A stretch of 59,561 bases of DNA, counting the filler, from Sphacelaria rigidula (lineage: Eukaryota), in the NCBI GenBank assembly GCA_964200075.2. It is 5 parts of 5 records of this genome, joined end to end, with 100 filler letters (N's around TTAATTAATTAA, not from the genome) between each part and the next. Parts side by side here need not be neighbours in the genome. Positions count along the whole stretch, not along the records: positions 11,935 to 23,768 come from CAXNAA020004446.1; positions 23,869 to 35,699 come from CAXNAA020004447.1; 3 more parts are not named here. The stretch is one strand, 5' to 3'. The position numbers and the translations under genes are program-made. Each line of letters opens with the position of its first letter. Positions within the stretch are counted from its first letter, which is position 1. The notes below the pieces were generated by a model. It was not told the origin of the DNA, ran no database searches, and saw only the letters and a program-made list of their open reading frames with translations. This document shows, in pieces, positions 13,301 to 26,059 of the stretch.

Positions 13301-15354
13301 CGTCATCTAGGGTGTGAAAGACAGGCCTTCATGTCGATAATCAGAGGCAAGGGTAGGAGGCTCTCCTCGTTGCTGTATCCAGACATCCTTCAAACCTCCA
13401 CCGGAATTCACCATGCCAAGTGTTTCATCACAAAGGGCGTTAGACTCTCCACGTTTCACACCCACTACCGTGGTCGGGAACTCAGTACACCACTCTAGGA
13501 GGGCAACTTTCCGATGTCAAAGATTATCTCGATTTCGTCCAATCGGCGTTTCCGACGTAGTACATCGCCCGTCACACGGGAGCGAGCGGTTTTGCTCGCA
13601 ACTCCTTACGTCGCCCTGCGCTTCATTGTCCGCGACGAGCTGAAAAACTCGAAGCTCCACATTTTCAGAGATGCGAATTTACGGCGACTGTTGATCGACC
13701 ACACCCTCCAGCTTCGTCCTAATAGCGGGTTCGTTTGTCTCATTGCAGATGCATCTACCGCTGGCGTTATCACAGGGACGAAACGGAATGGAGACCACCA
13801 GTGTGAGGAAGGTCTTTCTCACGTTACACAGCGACGGCGATTGTGCACCACATGGCACGAGTGTATTTGCTTCAAAACCAGCGCGACCGCATGATGTGCA
13901 TGGCGTGCGCTCATACAGTAGATGGAAACATTGCAATGTCCTTTGTATCAGTACTTTTGTCACTGGGAAATACCATCACGAACGGGTTAACATATCGAAG
14001 AGGACACTGGAGTCTCCGGGGATCCGTCACACGCGCATGAACCGTCAACGGTTTGTTGCATGCTTCCGGTTTGACTTGTATTGCATTCGATCAAGTACGA
14101 AAGTCGGCCCGGGTTTCCTACTGCCACAACAACAGTACCGGAGAGAGACGTAGAGGTTTATTGAAGCACCGTTTATTGGAGTGAGAACAGCAAGGGATGG
14201 GGAAGAGGGGGGGAGGGGGGGGGAAGCGAAAGCGATTCAATCTGTCACACAAGCAAAATGTCTCCTCGAGACTAGCAACAAAGACACACGAGACCAGCAA
14301 GTGGGCTGGGATTGCACAGACTGAATATCAGCAGCGACTCAGGTTAGTCGGCACACACGATACACTACCTTCCTTCAGCCCCGCCCCAAAATTCCCTTAC
14401 GGCGACAGGGCGAGAGAACTACCCATATCCCACGACAGGCACATGTAGCGGAAGACGTTACACACAGGTGTACAGTAAAATATAATAACCATGTACGGGA
14501 AGGCACCCACTTATAAGGTCGGTCGCCGCCCTCGTCAATCGACACCATGTGTCGGTAAGACTCGGTACATTTTGTGGAGGATTAGAAACAAATGCTAATA
14601 TCATTCTCAGGGATCCACAACACAACACACGCCACGTGCGCCATTCAAAACAGGAAAAAGGTTACGAAGAACACGAACCAGCCGCAGGTTTGCCAAAATC
14701 TGTCCTCCCCTTGCCCATGCATATCTTCGACCACCCCGATTTCCAGCACACACGACCTTGTAATGTTTCATTTGTCTCCTCCATAGCCCCTCACCTTTCC
14801 CGCCAGTACCTACACAATCGTCATCCCTGGAGTTACATGGGAGACACAAAAAGAGTCTTTGTTACACTCTCGGGTACTACAGTACGGCAAGCTGGAAGGA
14901 TAGCAGCTCCAGGGCTCAAGCTCACGTTGCCATCATGACTGTAGGACAAGTGCTCAAAAAGTCATGATCGCCCTCGCTACTCCTCCCCCAACGTGTGTAC
15001 ACTTCGGGGTGCTTCCAAGTACAGGCGGCTGGACCAAAGGATGGAGTGGGACAGGGCACAGATTCCTTATCTTGCTTCATCTTAGAATGACACCACCCAT
15101 GCTTGAGCTACTGTGTGTACACAAGACAAGCAAGTGTGGTCGTCGTGTCCCTCATTCAACATCGACCTCTTCTCCCCTGGACACACTCGTGACAAAGCTG
15201 CCTCTACCCCCCGCCCATGCATCACCGGACGAACATTCGACCGTTGTCCATTTTGCCTGGCGTAATGCACCGGCAATAATAGTAAATCCGCATGCCGCTC
15301 AATCCCTCCTCCTTAAACTCATCGTGCCTTTCCCCTCACCATCGCATCATCAAA

Positions 15355-15441
15355 TTAAATGAGGTCAGCCACGTTCATGGGCATTTCCTCGATTTGGGTC
15401 GTGTAGAATTGCTCGATATCACGCAGGTACCTCACATCGCC
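15355..15441 (-). CDS. eIF4A: Translation initiation factor eIF4A, terminal exon
   Basis: cacag|GGC acceptor; [28 protein letters not shown]. Confidence 0.95.
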   Translation of the reverse strand, partial: GDVRYLRDIEQFYTTQIEEMPMNVADLI

Positions 15442-16283
15442 CTGTGTGGGGGGAGACAGTTGAATGATTGATGTCCGCAGTTGGAGCAACGGCAAGCGGA
15501 GGAAGGTGAGAAGTGCGCCAGATGATGACACTTGCATAACGACGAGAGAATCATCGAGCGCAGATTTAGAGACATCAAAAGCTTCAAGTGTACCGGGACG
15601 GGAAAACGACGAAGATTTTCCGACGTGAATCGATCGGGCAGAGAGCATTCAATCTGGTGCAAAACCGGAAACATCAGACAGTAAACTGGGGGCTATTCGT
15701 TGGTGTCATCTGCTTCGCCATCTGCTTTGCGGGTAACTAGATGTCTTCAAACCGGCGGCTAGCGTCATCCATTCCTGGTTTGTGCTGAGAGGTTCAGCGA
15801 AAACTTGTCTTTGTTCTTGCTCACAGGTCAACCCCCTAGGCCGGATGTCATGGCGACAGATTTTTGGCCCACGGATTGTTCACTTTTGAGACGTCTGGCC
15901 CACTTTTTGACCCTCAAACAGGTGAAATCGCACACATCCGTCTCGGACACTTTTCATCACCCCACACGGAGTAGCCTAGCCTACTCTTCAGATTCATTCG
16001 GCTGCGAGGTTCCGAAATTTCCCGCTGAACAATAATCTATGTGCAACAACCTGTGCTTCCCAACATACGGCAGTTTGCCTCATGATCTGTGGATATCGAC
16101 GGAGATTTAATTGCACGCGGATTGGCCTCATCACTGGTTTCCAGTTGGGCAACCCGAATTGGATACGTACTCCTGCGTTTCTTCCAACGGGCCTCGCGAA
16201 CAATGACGAGGATTTGAAAATCACATTTGATTAGTTTCACCGAGCCGAAACAAAATGAAATACACAGATACCCCGAACATTCA

Positions 16284-16478
<195 letters not shown>

Positions 16479-16602
16479 TCATTGTTCTTACTTTTGTCGG
16501 AAAGGCAGGCCACGAATACGACAGCTGCACCGATCAAACAGCGGAAGAACTCGAGCATATACAGAAAAAACAACGACAAAAACGGGAATGCCACGCACGT
16601 AC

Positions 16603-16889
16603 CTGCTGGACGTCGATACCACGGGCCAGCAAGTCCGTCGTAATAAGCACCCGAGATGAACCCGAGCGGAACTCTCGCATGATGACGTCACGCTCCCCCT
16701 GGCCCATGTCACCGTGCATGCAGGAGATGGTGAAGTCTCGCTCCTGCATTTTTTCCGAAAGCCAGTCCACACGCCGCCTCGTATTGCAGTAGATGATGGC
16801 CTGCGTGATGGTGAGGGTCTCGTAGAGGTCGCACAAGGTGTCCAACTTCCACTCCTCGCGGTCCACCGCGATGTAAAATTGCTTGATAC
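16603..16889 (-). CDS. eIF4A: eIF4A exon (motifs IV-V)
   Basis: [29 protein letters not shown]...[25 protein letters not shown] favours eIF4A-I/II over eIF4A-III. Confidence 0.97.
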
Positions 16890-17446
16890 CTGATGTCGAG
16901 AGTCATTCATTACGTTCACCCAGTTTAGACATCCGCACACATACAGTGACATGATTAGACCCCGAGTGACTCGTGATGGTTTTAAGCTCTCCAGTACACA
17001 TGTTGTGTAGTGGACAGCGCACGGAAGAAGAGTGTTCGAAACGTATGTCATGTCGTACCGAGATTAGACTCATTTCAATACTTTTCTTTTGGCTTAATAA
17101 ATTCTCGAAATGCGGATTATATAGTCAGACGTTAATGGAGTTGAGAGGAACCACGAACTGCACTATTGGGAAACAAATCTGGTAAAATCGGGGTGTGTGC
17201 ACGCGACAAAAAAAAACAAGACTACCTCATGCAAGATACAACACCACCGAGTTGTTTCTTTGCCCGCTATTGTCTTCTAACTGATCAAGCGCAGGTTAAG
17301 CGCTATCAACCAGATTGTACCGCGTTCACTGCTCGAAAGAGAAAACATCAGTCAGTCACGACGCACGTCCACATTCTCACAAGCACGGGTTTGTGCTTCG
17401 TTGTACATTCGAAAATACGGCCGCAACCCTTCCGACACTCACTCAC

Positions 17447-17555
17447 CCTCCAGGGTGAGCTCATCCTTTTTCACCAAGATCCGGACCGGCTCGGGCATGA
17501 AGCGGTTCGTCACTTCCAGCACATCTAGTGGCATGGTAGCCGAAAACAGCGCAAC
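17447..17555 (-). CDS. eIF4A: eIF4A exon (motif III)
   Basis: [37 protein letters not shown]; phase 0/1. Confidence 0.96.
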
Positions 17556-18475
17556 CTGTGCGTGGTCAAAGACAAATGACGCAACGCAACCGGCAGGAAG
17601 TGATGAAGAAAAATTGGCGAAACCAAACATGGCCAACAGAATTCCTCCACACAAGACAACTCTCTCACTACTTTTGTGGTGAAACTGGGGAATAGCCCGC
17701 ATTTCATGTGAGCATGCCACACCAAAAGAACCTCGCGCAGCAAAGTACAGCAAAGTATGCCCCCGCACACGATGACGGGGTGGTATATTTCCAATCTTGT
17801 TCCACATTCAAACATTTTACATCTGGCCGGGTACGGCGAGGAGAGGAGGAATCCACATATTTCACATCTTCAGGAAGTAGTCAAGCCTTCGATGCTCAAG
17901 ATGTTCCACGTATGAGAGCATGTTGCTAGACTCGGGGCAGGTATTGGTAAGAGTGGACCGCGAGTCAGTAGGGTCGTACATATGTGAGGAGTAAGAACAC
18001 CCGATGTGAACAGCCAAGTTTTGGGGAGTAAACCCAAACCCAAAACCGGGCAACACCCCGTCAGGGTTTGGGTGTGAGATGACATTACTTCAAACAGACG
18101 TGTGCTGTAGATCTCTCATCCATATTTTGCAGTTGTTTGATGGATCTTCATGCCACGTCTCTGTTGATTTTTTAGACCAAGTATTAAAGTACTCAGTACA
18201 AGTTTTTCTGGACACCTGGACATCACAGCCTGGACAATAGATGCCATATCAAAAATGTACGCTCACCAGCATCAACATTACACCTGTTGTGTTAGACGTT
18301 ATGATCGATCCTGGACTGGATGCGATATTTGATACTGTACGCAGTACACCTTTTGGCAACGTAGTCTGTCCGGGTTGTGCTAGAGGGGGCAGCAGCCGCG
18401 GACGGGGGAAGGGATAGGAGCGGTGTAGTACAAGAGCTGCCACACCTTGGCACGGCATACATGTTTGGAACCCAC

Positions 18476-18706
18476 CTGTACACGCTCTGGCAGGTACTGG
18501 AAGACATCGTAGATTTGGTCTTTGAACCCGCGCGAGAGCATCTCATCTGCTTCATCTAGAACAAACAGACCTACGCGATCCAGGCGAAGAGCGCCACGGC
18601 TGATCATGTCGTATGCACGCCCGGGCGTGCCCACGACGATGTGCACGCCGTTCTGGAGGGTACGAATGTCGTCACGCACCGCGGTACCTCCCACACAGGC
18701 GTGCAC
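18476..18706 (-). CDS. eIF4A: eIF4A exon (GG, Ib, DEAD motifs)
   Basis: VHACVGGT...VGTPGR...[18 protein letters not shown]; phase 0/0. Confidence 0.97.
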
Positions 18707-19117
18707 CTGTCGAGGCGGAATAACGGCAAATACAAGCAATCGCGATAGCAGACAAGGGCAATGTGGAAAGGAGAAAAAAACAGCGGTGAGGAGAGGGTGA
18801 GGAGATGCGGCGGAGAGCTCCATCCCTCGTGTTGACTACACATTTACACATGTGTTTGGAGTCATGTGTTCAGCGTAGTCACATAATCGAGGAAAGTTTG
18901 AAGAACTTTTCGAAACTAGCTTCCGTCAGGTCAACGATACATTTCGTTGAGTACATACCGGAGGAATGATACAAAAGCTCGGTGTTGATACAGCTTGGGG
19001 AAAAACACCAGCGTGGGGTGGCCGCAACTCGAATTGTTTCATACGTCGGACGAAGACGAGTGTGACTTGTGGCATTCGCACTCGTTGAGCTGCTCGTCGA
19101 CCGTAAAAACTCATGAA

Positions 19118-19325
19118 GCGAGCACTCGGATAATTGCTCGTTGTGGAAAAAATGAATTAAGCGGGCACACAAGTCATCGCTTGTTGGGGGAAAAATCGAT
19201 GGGGTGAGCACTCGAGTCTTTGCTCGTTCTAGAAATAATTTCATAGGGCGAGTGCTCGGGTCATTCCTCGTTGTGAAGAAATATGAATAGGGCAAGCACT
19301 CGAGTCATTGCTCGTTGTGGTGAAA
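19118..19325. repeat. Minisatellite, ~44-bp period with palindromic core, array 1 (5 units)
   Basis: Consensus gcgagcactcgagtcattgctcgttgtgg plus ~15-nt A-rich linker at ~19118, 19161, 19204, 19248, 19292. Confidence 0.8.
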
Positions 19326-20357
19326 ATTAGCCCTTTCAAGACCGGGTCTCATGAACGACCAATGAGCCTGGTTAGGGATGACGTGTCTGACGCCTGCACA
19401 AAACAGTGGCATGATGCTGAAAATCCGTGGATGTAACCACAGGGTTGTGAGGAAGACCGAAAGTTTCATCCAATCTATTTTTTAGGTGCAAGGTGCGCAT
19501 TAGGTAATGTACATCTGGTGTGGCAAGCAGTATGGGTCGCGGTAGAAAACTTTCAACAGGATGCGGCGACCGGCTGGCCGCCCGCCACCTGTGGCCTTGA
19601 ACGATAATAATGTCCTCATCACTTTGCCACACAGCCTTTTGTGGTCAGGGTGCGCCGCCATTCCCCTCCTTGTTACATGCAACAATTTTTTTTCAACGGG
19701 TATTGGCGTTACGGCGAGCATACGTACAGTACAGTACAGAAAGTGCAGTACGCCTCTCCGCCTGCAGCAGCAGCTGCATACTCTCCAACACGTTATGGGC
19801 AGTTCTCAGCGACGGAGATCAGCTGCCTAAACGCAGCTGGTTCATCCTCGCCCACCACATACATGTCGACAGTGTTGTGCAAGCCATCGGCAGAGAAATG
19901 GGCAGATTTCACGACGGTGGCTCCCGTTGTCTTTTCACGGCCCACATGGGTTTAGTGCCTGGTGAAGATGACCACGTTGTGGTATGTACACCCCTCCCGG
20001 TTTCACCATTCCACCCTGTTTTGGTGTGATTAGTACGTTGTGATATAGGCTGGCGACCCACCTGGGAAACCCCGGGAACGCTTCAGTATACTGAATGCAA
20101 GTCATACGATGAGCCATACTCCGAGCACCCCGGTTTTAGAAAGCTGGGAAGGCAATCTGAGCCAGGGATGGCCCCAACACTACTTGTTGAAGTGACGTCA
20201 CACTCGGCAACAGTCCCCGCGCAGGTCGTTCGGATCTGGTCGATGAGTTCCGCCTCGCCGTGATTTGGCAGGTCGCCCCCTGACTCATGTTTTACTAGTT
20301 CACGAAGACAAATCAACCTCGTGTTAGTGAGGAGTCGGTCCTATGCATACGGGTTTG

Positions 20358-20700
20358 ACAGCATTCGAGTCAATGCTTGTTGGCTGTTAAAACTATTAGA
20401 GCGAGCACCCGGGTCATTGCTTGTTGTGGAAACAAACTTATGAGGCGAGCCCTTGAGTCATTGTTCGTTGTGGGGAAAAATTATCAAGGCGAGCACTTGA
20501 GTCGTTGCTCGTTGTGGAAACGAACCAATGAGGCGAGCACTCGAGTCATTGCTCGTTATAGTAAAATTTGGTAGGGCGGGCACACGAGTCATCGCTCTTT
20601 GTTTAAAAAAAGTAATGACTCGAGCACACGAGTCATGCTCGTCGTGTACTCAAAAAACATCCACGAGTGCACTCGTTTCGACGAGCAGTGACTCGTCCCA
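20358..20700. repeat. Minisatellite, ~44-bp period with palindromic core, array 2 (~7 units)
   Basis: Same consensus at ~20358, 20401, 20445, 20489, 20533, 20576, 20620. Confidence 0.8.
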
Positions 20701-21324
20701 TATATGTTGTTTCATTCATCATGAATTTTTCAGCATCACACCAGCACTCCGAGTATCGCATTATGGGTAGGTGGAAAATGGTGTCTAAAAATGACATATC
20801 TCCATGTGATGAGTCCCTTTCACAAAAACGCAGGCATCACGTGAAAAATCTCCACAATCTTTTGTAGCGTCATGAAAAAAACGGACGGAGATTGACCGTT
20901 CCGTCACCATGGTGAGAGATGGGGGAATCCCATAGAGTAAATGGTTATTATCGAGAAAAAACAGTGCGGATTCGATAGATACCCACTTCGACGGTAAAGG
21001 GGTGAAGTGGACGTAATTGTACTCGTTTTCACCAACACACTATGCTCCGTTTTTCCCCCATCCTCGAGGTGAAAATGTTTGGTCATGTCAGAGTGAGTCG
21101 GTGTATGCCAATGCCGACTTTTCCTTGTTGATTTCCTTCCCCAGTCACTTCTCCAGCCAGGTCCTCAAAAGATGGCAGCCCAGCGTTTTCGACTCCCACT
21201 ACATGGTAACGACAAATCTCTCGTGAGTAGAAATACCCCAAAATATGCGGTGGGGCATCAGCTTTCACACCAGGGTCAACACGTGAACTAGGCATGAAGA
21301 ACGAACTCGCGATGGGAAACTGAC

Positions 21325-21479
21325 CTGAAGCTGCATGTAGTCCCCGAGGGCGCGCACGACCTTCACAATCTGCTGCGCCAGTTCGCGAGTGGGCGCGAGC
21401 ACCAGAGCTTGGCACTCGGCAAGCTGTACGTCAATCTTCTGGAGGATCGACACGGCGAAAGTGGCTGTTTTACCCGTAC
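21325..21479 (-). CDS. eIF4A: eIF4A exon (motifs I, Ia); upstream Q-motif exons not found in the contig
   Basis: [17 protein letters not shown]...[15 protein letters not shown]; ccccag acceptor, gtcag donor. Confidence 0.96.
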
Positions 21480-22019
21480 CTGGGGTGAGGGAGGAGGACA
21501 TCATACCCGGCATACACAGTGTCCAATGAAGGATCCAAGGATGAGGGAAGGGGTAAGATGAGGGCGGCAGGATGAGGCTCTTGACATCGTTACCCTCACA
21601 ACACTGACGAGAGCAAATACAAGGAGCTGCTAAATACTCGAACCAAGGGAACACATTTGACGTACTGCAGTCATCCGCGGTTCTTGTTCCGAAAAGGCTA
21701 GAGCCCACGAACTCGCAACACGGGAGTCAGGGATGGCACACGTTACGTAGGGCGTCGGAGCATCGACGGATGATGACGCTAACCGTTTGACCATTGCAAA
21801 TTTGGATGGGCTCTTTTCGTAGTACAAAAGTACATTTGACTTGCTCAGCAGAATTTTTTCATCCGAACACCGGAAGGACCAGCGATTTCGAAGTACTGTG
21901 TTTTTAGCACTGAACCGCACATATAGCAATGGAATTGGGTGCAGTTCAGGTATCACGGGTGGCAAAAAAAATTCCAGGTCACATCGAGTACCGGCAATGA
22001 TGAGGCATGCATCAGCCAG

Positions 22020-22106
22020 GCAGCGGTCAGGTTGTCAGAGGTTCTATCAGTCATGAATTTGGTCAGACTCGAAAGATGGTATTGTGTGTGGTCATCACTC
22101 CGCTGC
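22020..22106 (-). ncRNA. SNORD2: Box C/D snoRNA, SNORD2/snR39B-like, copy 1 (sense to eIF4A)
   Basis: Minus strand: gcagcgg-a-GTGATGA...ACCATCTTTCGAGT-CTGA...ATGACTGA...ACCTCTGACAAC-CTGA-ccgctgc. 7-bp terminal stem, 72 nt from C to D, D' guide complementary to LSU CGAAAGAUGGU. Confidence 0.85.
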
Positions 22107-22253
22107 TGTATTACACGCCAAAACCAAATCTACTAGAAATGTACCGTCACATATAGGAGCTTTCGAAACCGTCGTGGGTAACCAAGATCTATCCTCCTTT
22201 ACTAACTATCGGGTGTGTAAGAGATGGAAACAACGAGATGGGTGGGTAGGAAC

Positions 22254-22346
22254 GCAGCAGCGGTCAGGTTCTCAGAGGTTCTTTCAGTCATGGATTTGGT
22301 CAGACTCGAAAGATGGTATTGTGTTTAGTCATCACCCCGCTGCTGC
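22254..22346 (-). ncRNA. SNORD2: Box C/D snoRNA, SNORD2/snR39B-like, copy 2
   Basis: Same boxes and D' guide; 10-bp terminal stem gcagcagcgg/ccgctgctgc; D-guide variant ACCTCTGAGAAC. Confidence 0.82.
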
Positions 22347-22497
22347 TCAACACACGGCAACAATCGAAAATAATGGGCGACTACACCCGGGAGCCCTCGA
22401 AATGCCAGTGGGTGATCGAGAGTACCGAAAGGCTTCCCTGGACTTGTTCTTGGATGAGTCGGAGAGGAAAATATAGCGGTGGATGCGTGAATACATG

Positions 22498-22584
22498 GCA
22501 GCGGTCAGGTTGTCAGAGGTTTTATCAGTCATAAATTTGGTCAGACTCGAAAGATGGTATTGTGTGTAGTCATCACTCCGCTGC
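22498..22584 (-). ncRNA. SNORD2: Box C/D snoRNA, SNORD2/snR39B-like, copy 3
   Basis: Same boxes, both guides intact, gcagcgg/ccgctgc stem. Confidence 0.85.
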
Positions 22585-23768
22585 TGTATTACACGCCAAA
22601 ACCAAATCTAATGGAAATGTACAATCACATTTAGTAGCTCTCGAAATGGCCGTGGGTGACCAAGATCGACCCTCCTCGAGTCGGCATCAGAAGTTTTCAG
22701 ATTTCGTGGTTGTTTTTTTCCTCTAGTTATTCTGGAGAAATATCCTTCACTACTACTTGCAAGCGCTAGCGCCGGTAGATTTAGATGCAAAAGTGTAGGC
22801 CGCGAGTAAACTGCAGTGCTCAAGTTGGTGTTTCTGGGGCGAAATGGACTCGATACCCCGTTCATCAGGAGGGTGTTATTGACCGTTCTTGGTCCAATGT
22901 AAGCAGTTCACCTACTCTTCAGCGACGAAACGGTAAATATTCAGATAAATGAACACGTAAAGAATCTTCCGCAATACCGATTGAGATCGTTCTTCCCCCC
23001 CATACTGCTTAGACCTCAGTCTAGCATTTTCGGGGATTTCCGCAAAACATTTTGCAAAAGCACTCGGAAGTGCTAGCGTCAAAAGTTTTGGTAAAATAAG
23101 CACCGTGCTCAAATCACAATCGCCCAAGTTGGTGCCATGGGGGCGACACCGGATCAAGATCCTGTTCATCAGGAGGGTGTGATTTCATTCACCGTAAATG
23201 GTGAAAGAAACATAGTTTTCGTGTTCTAGCGCAGTAACTGGGTGGAATTCCAAAAAATCAATATTTTTCGAGTCTTCATTTACATGATCCGGATCGAGTC
23301 AGTCCACCGGAAATACCAAGAAGCTAGGCACAACGCTCATACATGGGGATAAACCATTGTGGTGAAATGTGTAATTCAAGCAATCAAAGTTGCCTCCAGT
23401 GAGGAATCGGCGAAATCTAGCGCCAGTAATATGCGATTTTCGTAGTGAATCCTGGAGTGAAAAACGCTCGTGATTGACTCGCAGGCTCAAGTCACATCTG
23501 TAGTGTACGCCGAGATGGATAGAACAGCAGCAGAGGAACAGAGCTGCAAGAAGACAAGCAGACAGCAAGTAGTATGTTGCCGCCGCAGTGGGTCATTACG
23601 ACGCTCGTATATCAACATATCACCATCTTAGTACTCGTGTGGCTGGTTGTGTCTTCCCGTGGCAGCGAGCGCTGGCGCCGATGCCAACGGCAGCAGCCGT
23701 CATGCTGACGGGTGCAAGCAGTACCCTGGCGGTGCAGTATATCCGCACTACTGTGCTGTGCGTTGCTC

Positions 23769-23868
23769 NNNNNNNNNNNNNNNNNNNNNNNNNNNNNNNN
23801 NNNNNNNNNNNNTTAATTAATTAANNNNNNNNNNNNNNNNNNNNNNNNNNNNNNNNNNNNNNNNNNNN
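23769..23868. other. Artificial contig linker
   Basis: N44-TTAATTAATTAA-N44. Confidence 0.97.
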
Positions 23869-25609
23869 GTTGCTGCTTTCAACGACGATCTGACTTGAAA
23901 TTTCGAGCAACAAATGCCCCGAAATACCCCCACCCCTATCGTAGGATGGCTCCCTACTAGTACCTTACGTCCTCCGAAATAAAAAGTTTGAATTCATGCA
24001 GCGGGGCACATGACGACATTTCCCACAAGTAATACCCCCGAAACCTTCGACCCGAGAAGTTGCTGAGATGGGGAGTAAAACATCGGCTAACGTGTTATTT
24101 TCCACCATATCACAGTTGCACTACCTCACTACCCAGAAAGGAAAACGGGATCTCTGTGTTGGCTAGGGAGCTACCTCGAGAGTTTCGTACGTCCCCCTCT
24201 AAAAGGGGTCGAGATTCCTGGGTGCTACATGGACTGTGAGAATACCGTAGTTGGCTGATGTTTTTTTTGGGGGCTAAAACCAACGGTGACAAGTCCGTCT
24301 TGGGTCGGAAACAATGGGTGGGTGGGGGGTAGGAGGAGAGCGGGACAGCTTCTACGAGAAACGTCACGTGTCCTGTTGGTCATGTGTGGTATAACTCCCA
24401 CAGGTAATAGAAGAGTCATTCAAGCATACAATCGGTAAACTCCAAGTGCCCTCGGCACTGTCAGGCCAGATTATCAGAGCGAAACTCTTCGAGCGCTTAG
24501 GGAGTTGAATCACGAGCAAATACGAACAGATCACGTCAAGTCGCCTGTACAGAATAGCTGGAGACCAGGCACAACATTAAGTAGCATGGAAAACACGCAT
24601 GTCTTCTGCACACCTCCAGAGCCAACCCTATCACAATGCAGAGGGACTTGCGGAAAGGTACCGCATGGTACTTGTGGACAGCATCATCCTTCAGCCAACG
24701 ATGGAATGCATGGCTGGTCCTTCTCGACATGTCAATTGTCACGGTGAAATAACCTGAAAATATCAGTATGGGCACACTCTGTTTTCAGCATGCCGCGTAT
24801 TTACCTCGTTGTACACAACTGCGACTCTTGGGGCCCGTATCGTCCGTGGCCGTGTCCCCACCATACTGGGCATTGCCTCCCCTCCCCCCACGTCTCTACT
24901 GCAGCGTTCACATACCCTGCTATGTACAGGTCATCCCACTGTACAGACATTTTGCACAGCTACAGACAACAAGCTCTGCTATCACTGCCTGCACTGAGTG
25001 TACAGTAAGTGCCCAAATGTACACGAGTATAGTGCTGTACAGAGAAGACAAACAGTGCAGTACGGCGGCACGTATGGGTCCATAGGAAACGTCTTCTGGG
25101 GTGAATTTTACATCAAGGCAAGAAATACTGTGTGAGGTTTTCGAGTTTCTCCACCAAACCTTGTACATGTGTTCCTTGAACTCTCCCGGGACGCATCATT
25201 TCATTATTTTTCTTGGAGGGCATTCTGTACCGCCTTCCGGGGGGCTTCATGTTGGAAGGCCCGGAAGCCCGTAGAGAACGGAGAGAACATTACATGATGT
25301 CAAGAATACAATTTTCCATTTGAGCATCAATACCTACGGCACTGCCGACTTTGAGGGCGATCTGAGCTTTTCTACGACAGATACAGGGGACACCGTCACG
25401 AGGCTCTCTGGGTCTTCCGTGCGTATCATTGGTGGATATTAAACGACGCCGACACCCGACATCACCGAAACATCATGGTTTTGGGTATAATTCGACCCCC
25501 GTAGTTACCGTTTTAACAATTTGATTTTATCGTTGGATTCCCGTATCGATGACAGCTACTACGATTTGAAGCATGTAGGGATTGAGTGAAAATCGAGCTT
25601 GGTATTCGT

Positions 25610-25835
25610 AATTTAGATCTCGGAACAGTTTGAAGGGCGCTGATTGGCTGAGACTCATTTTCTTCCATGGCTCCAACGCTATGGCCTAGAACAAAAATCC
25701 GGCTATGTCATCCCCTTCGTCTCTTCATTGCGGTCAGTATGATACCATATATGCGACTATTGGGTGCGTATTGCGGAAGGCATTTGCTGATGACACAATT
25801 TTGGGTGGTCACCGTGAACCAGCCTGTATGCAGAT
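25610..25835. repeat. Dispersed repeat family C copy
   Basis: Matches 9620-9800. Confidence 0.65.
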
Positions 25836-26059
25836 TTGAAGAGTAAGTCTCTTGGGTGGACAAGCATTCCTTCTAGAAAACCAGGTATTCCATCTTTGCC
25901 GGTCACGTATATTCTAGACAGATATTTGGCATATTCCATTACACACGTCCCGAAACAAACAGATAACTCATCTTGTGCTGTGCCCACATGGTTTGACGTG
26001 AACAGGTATTCCGCATGTGCTCGGCAGATACATTCTACAGTGAACAGATGTTCCATGTG

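Noticed and set aside
15954-16134. Additional box C motifs in the last eIF4A intron
   Set aside because: No box D at a suitable distance, and no terminal stem or rRNA guide
19118-20700. CRISPR array
   Set aside because: Linkers are only ~15 nt, A-rich and mutually similar; the repeats are degenerate; there are no cas genes; the context is a eukaryotic intron
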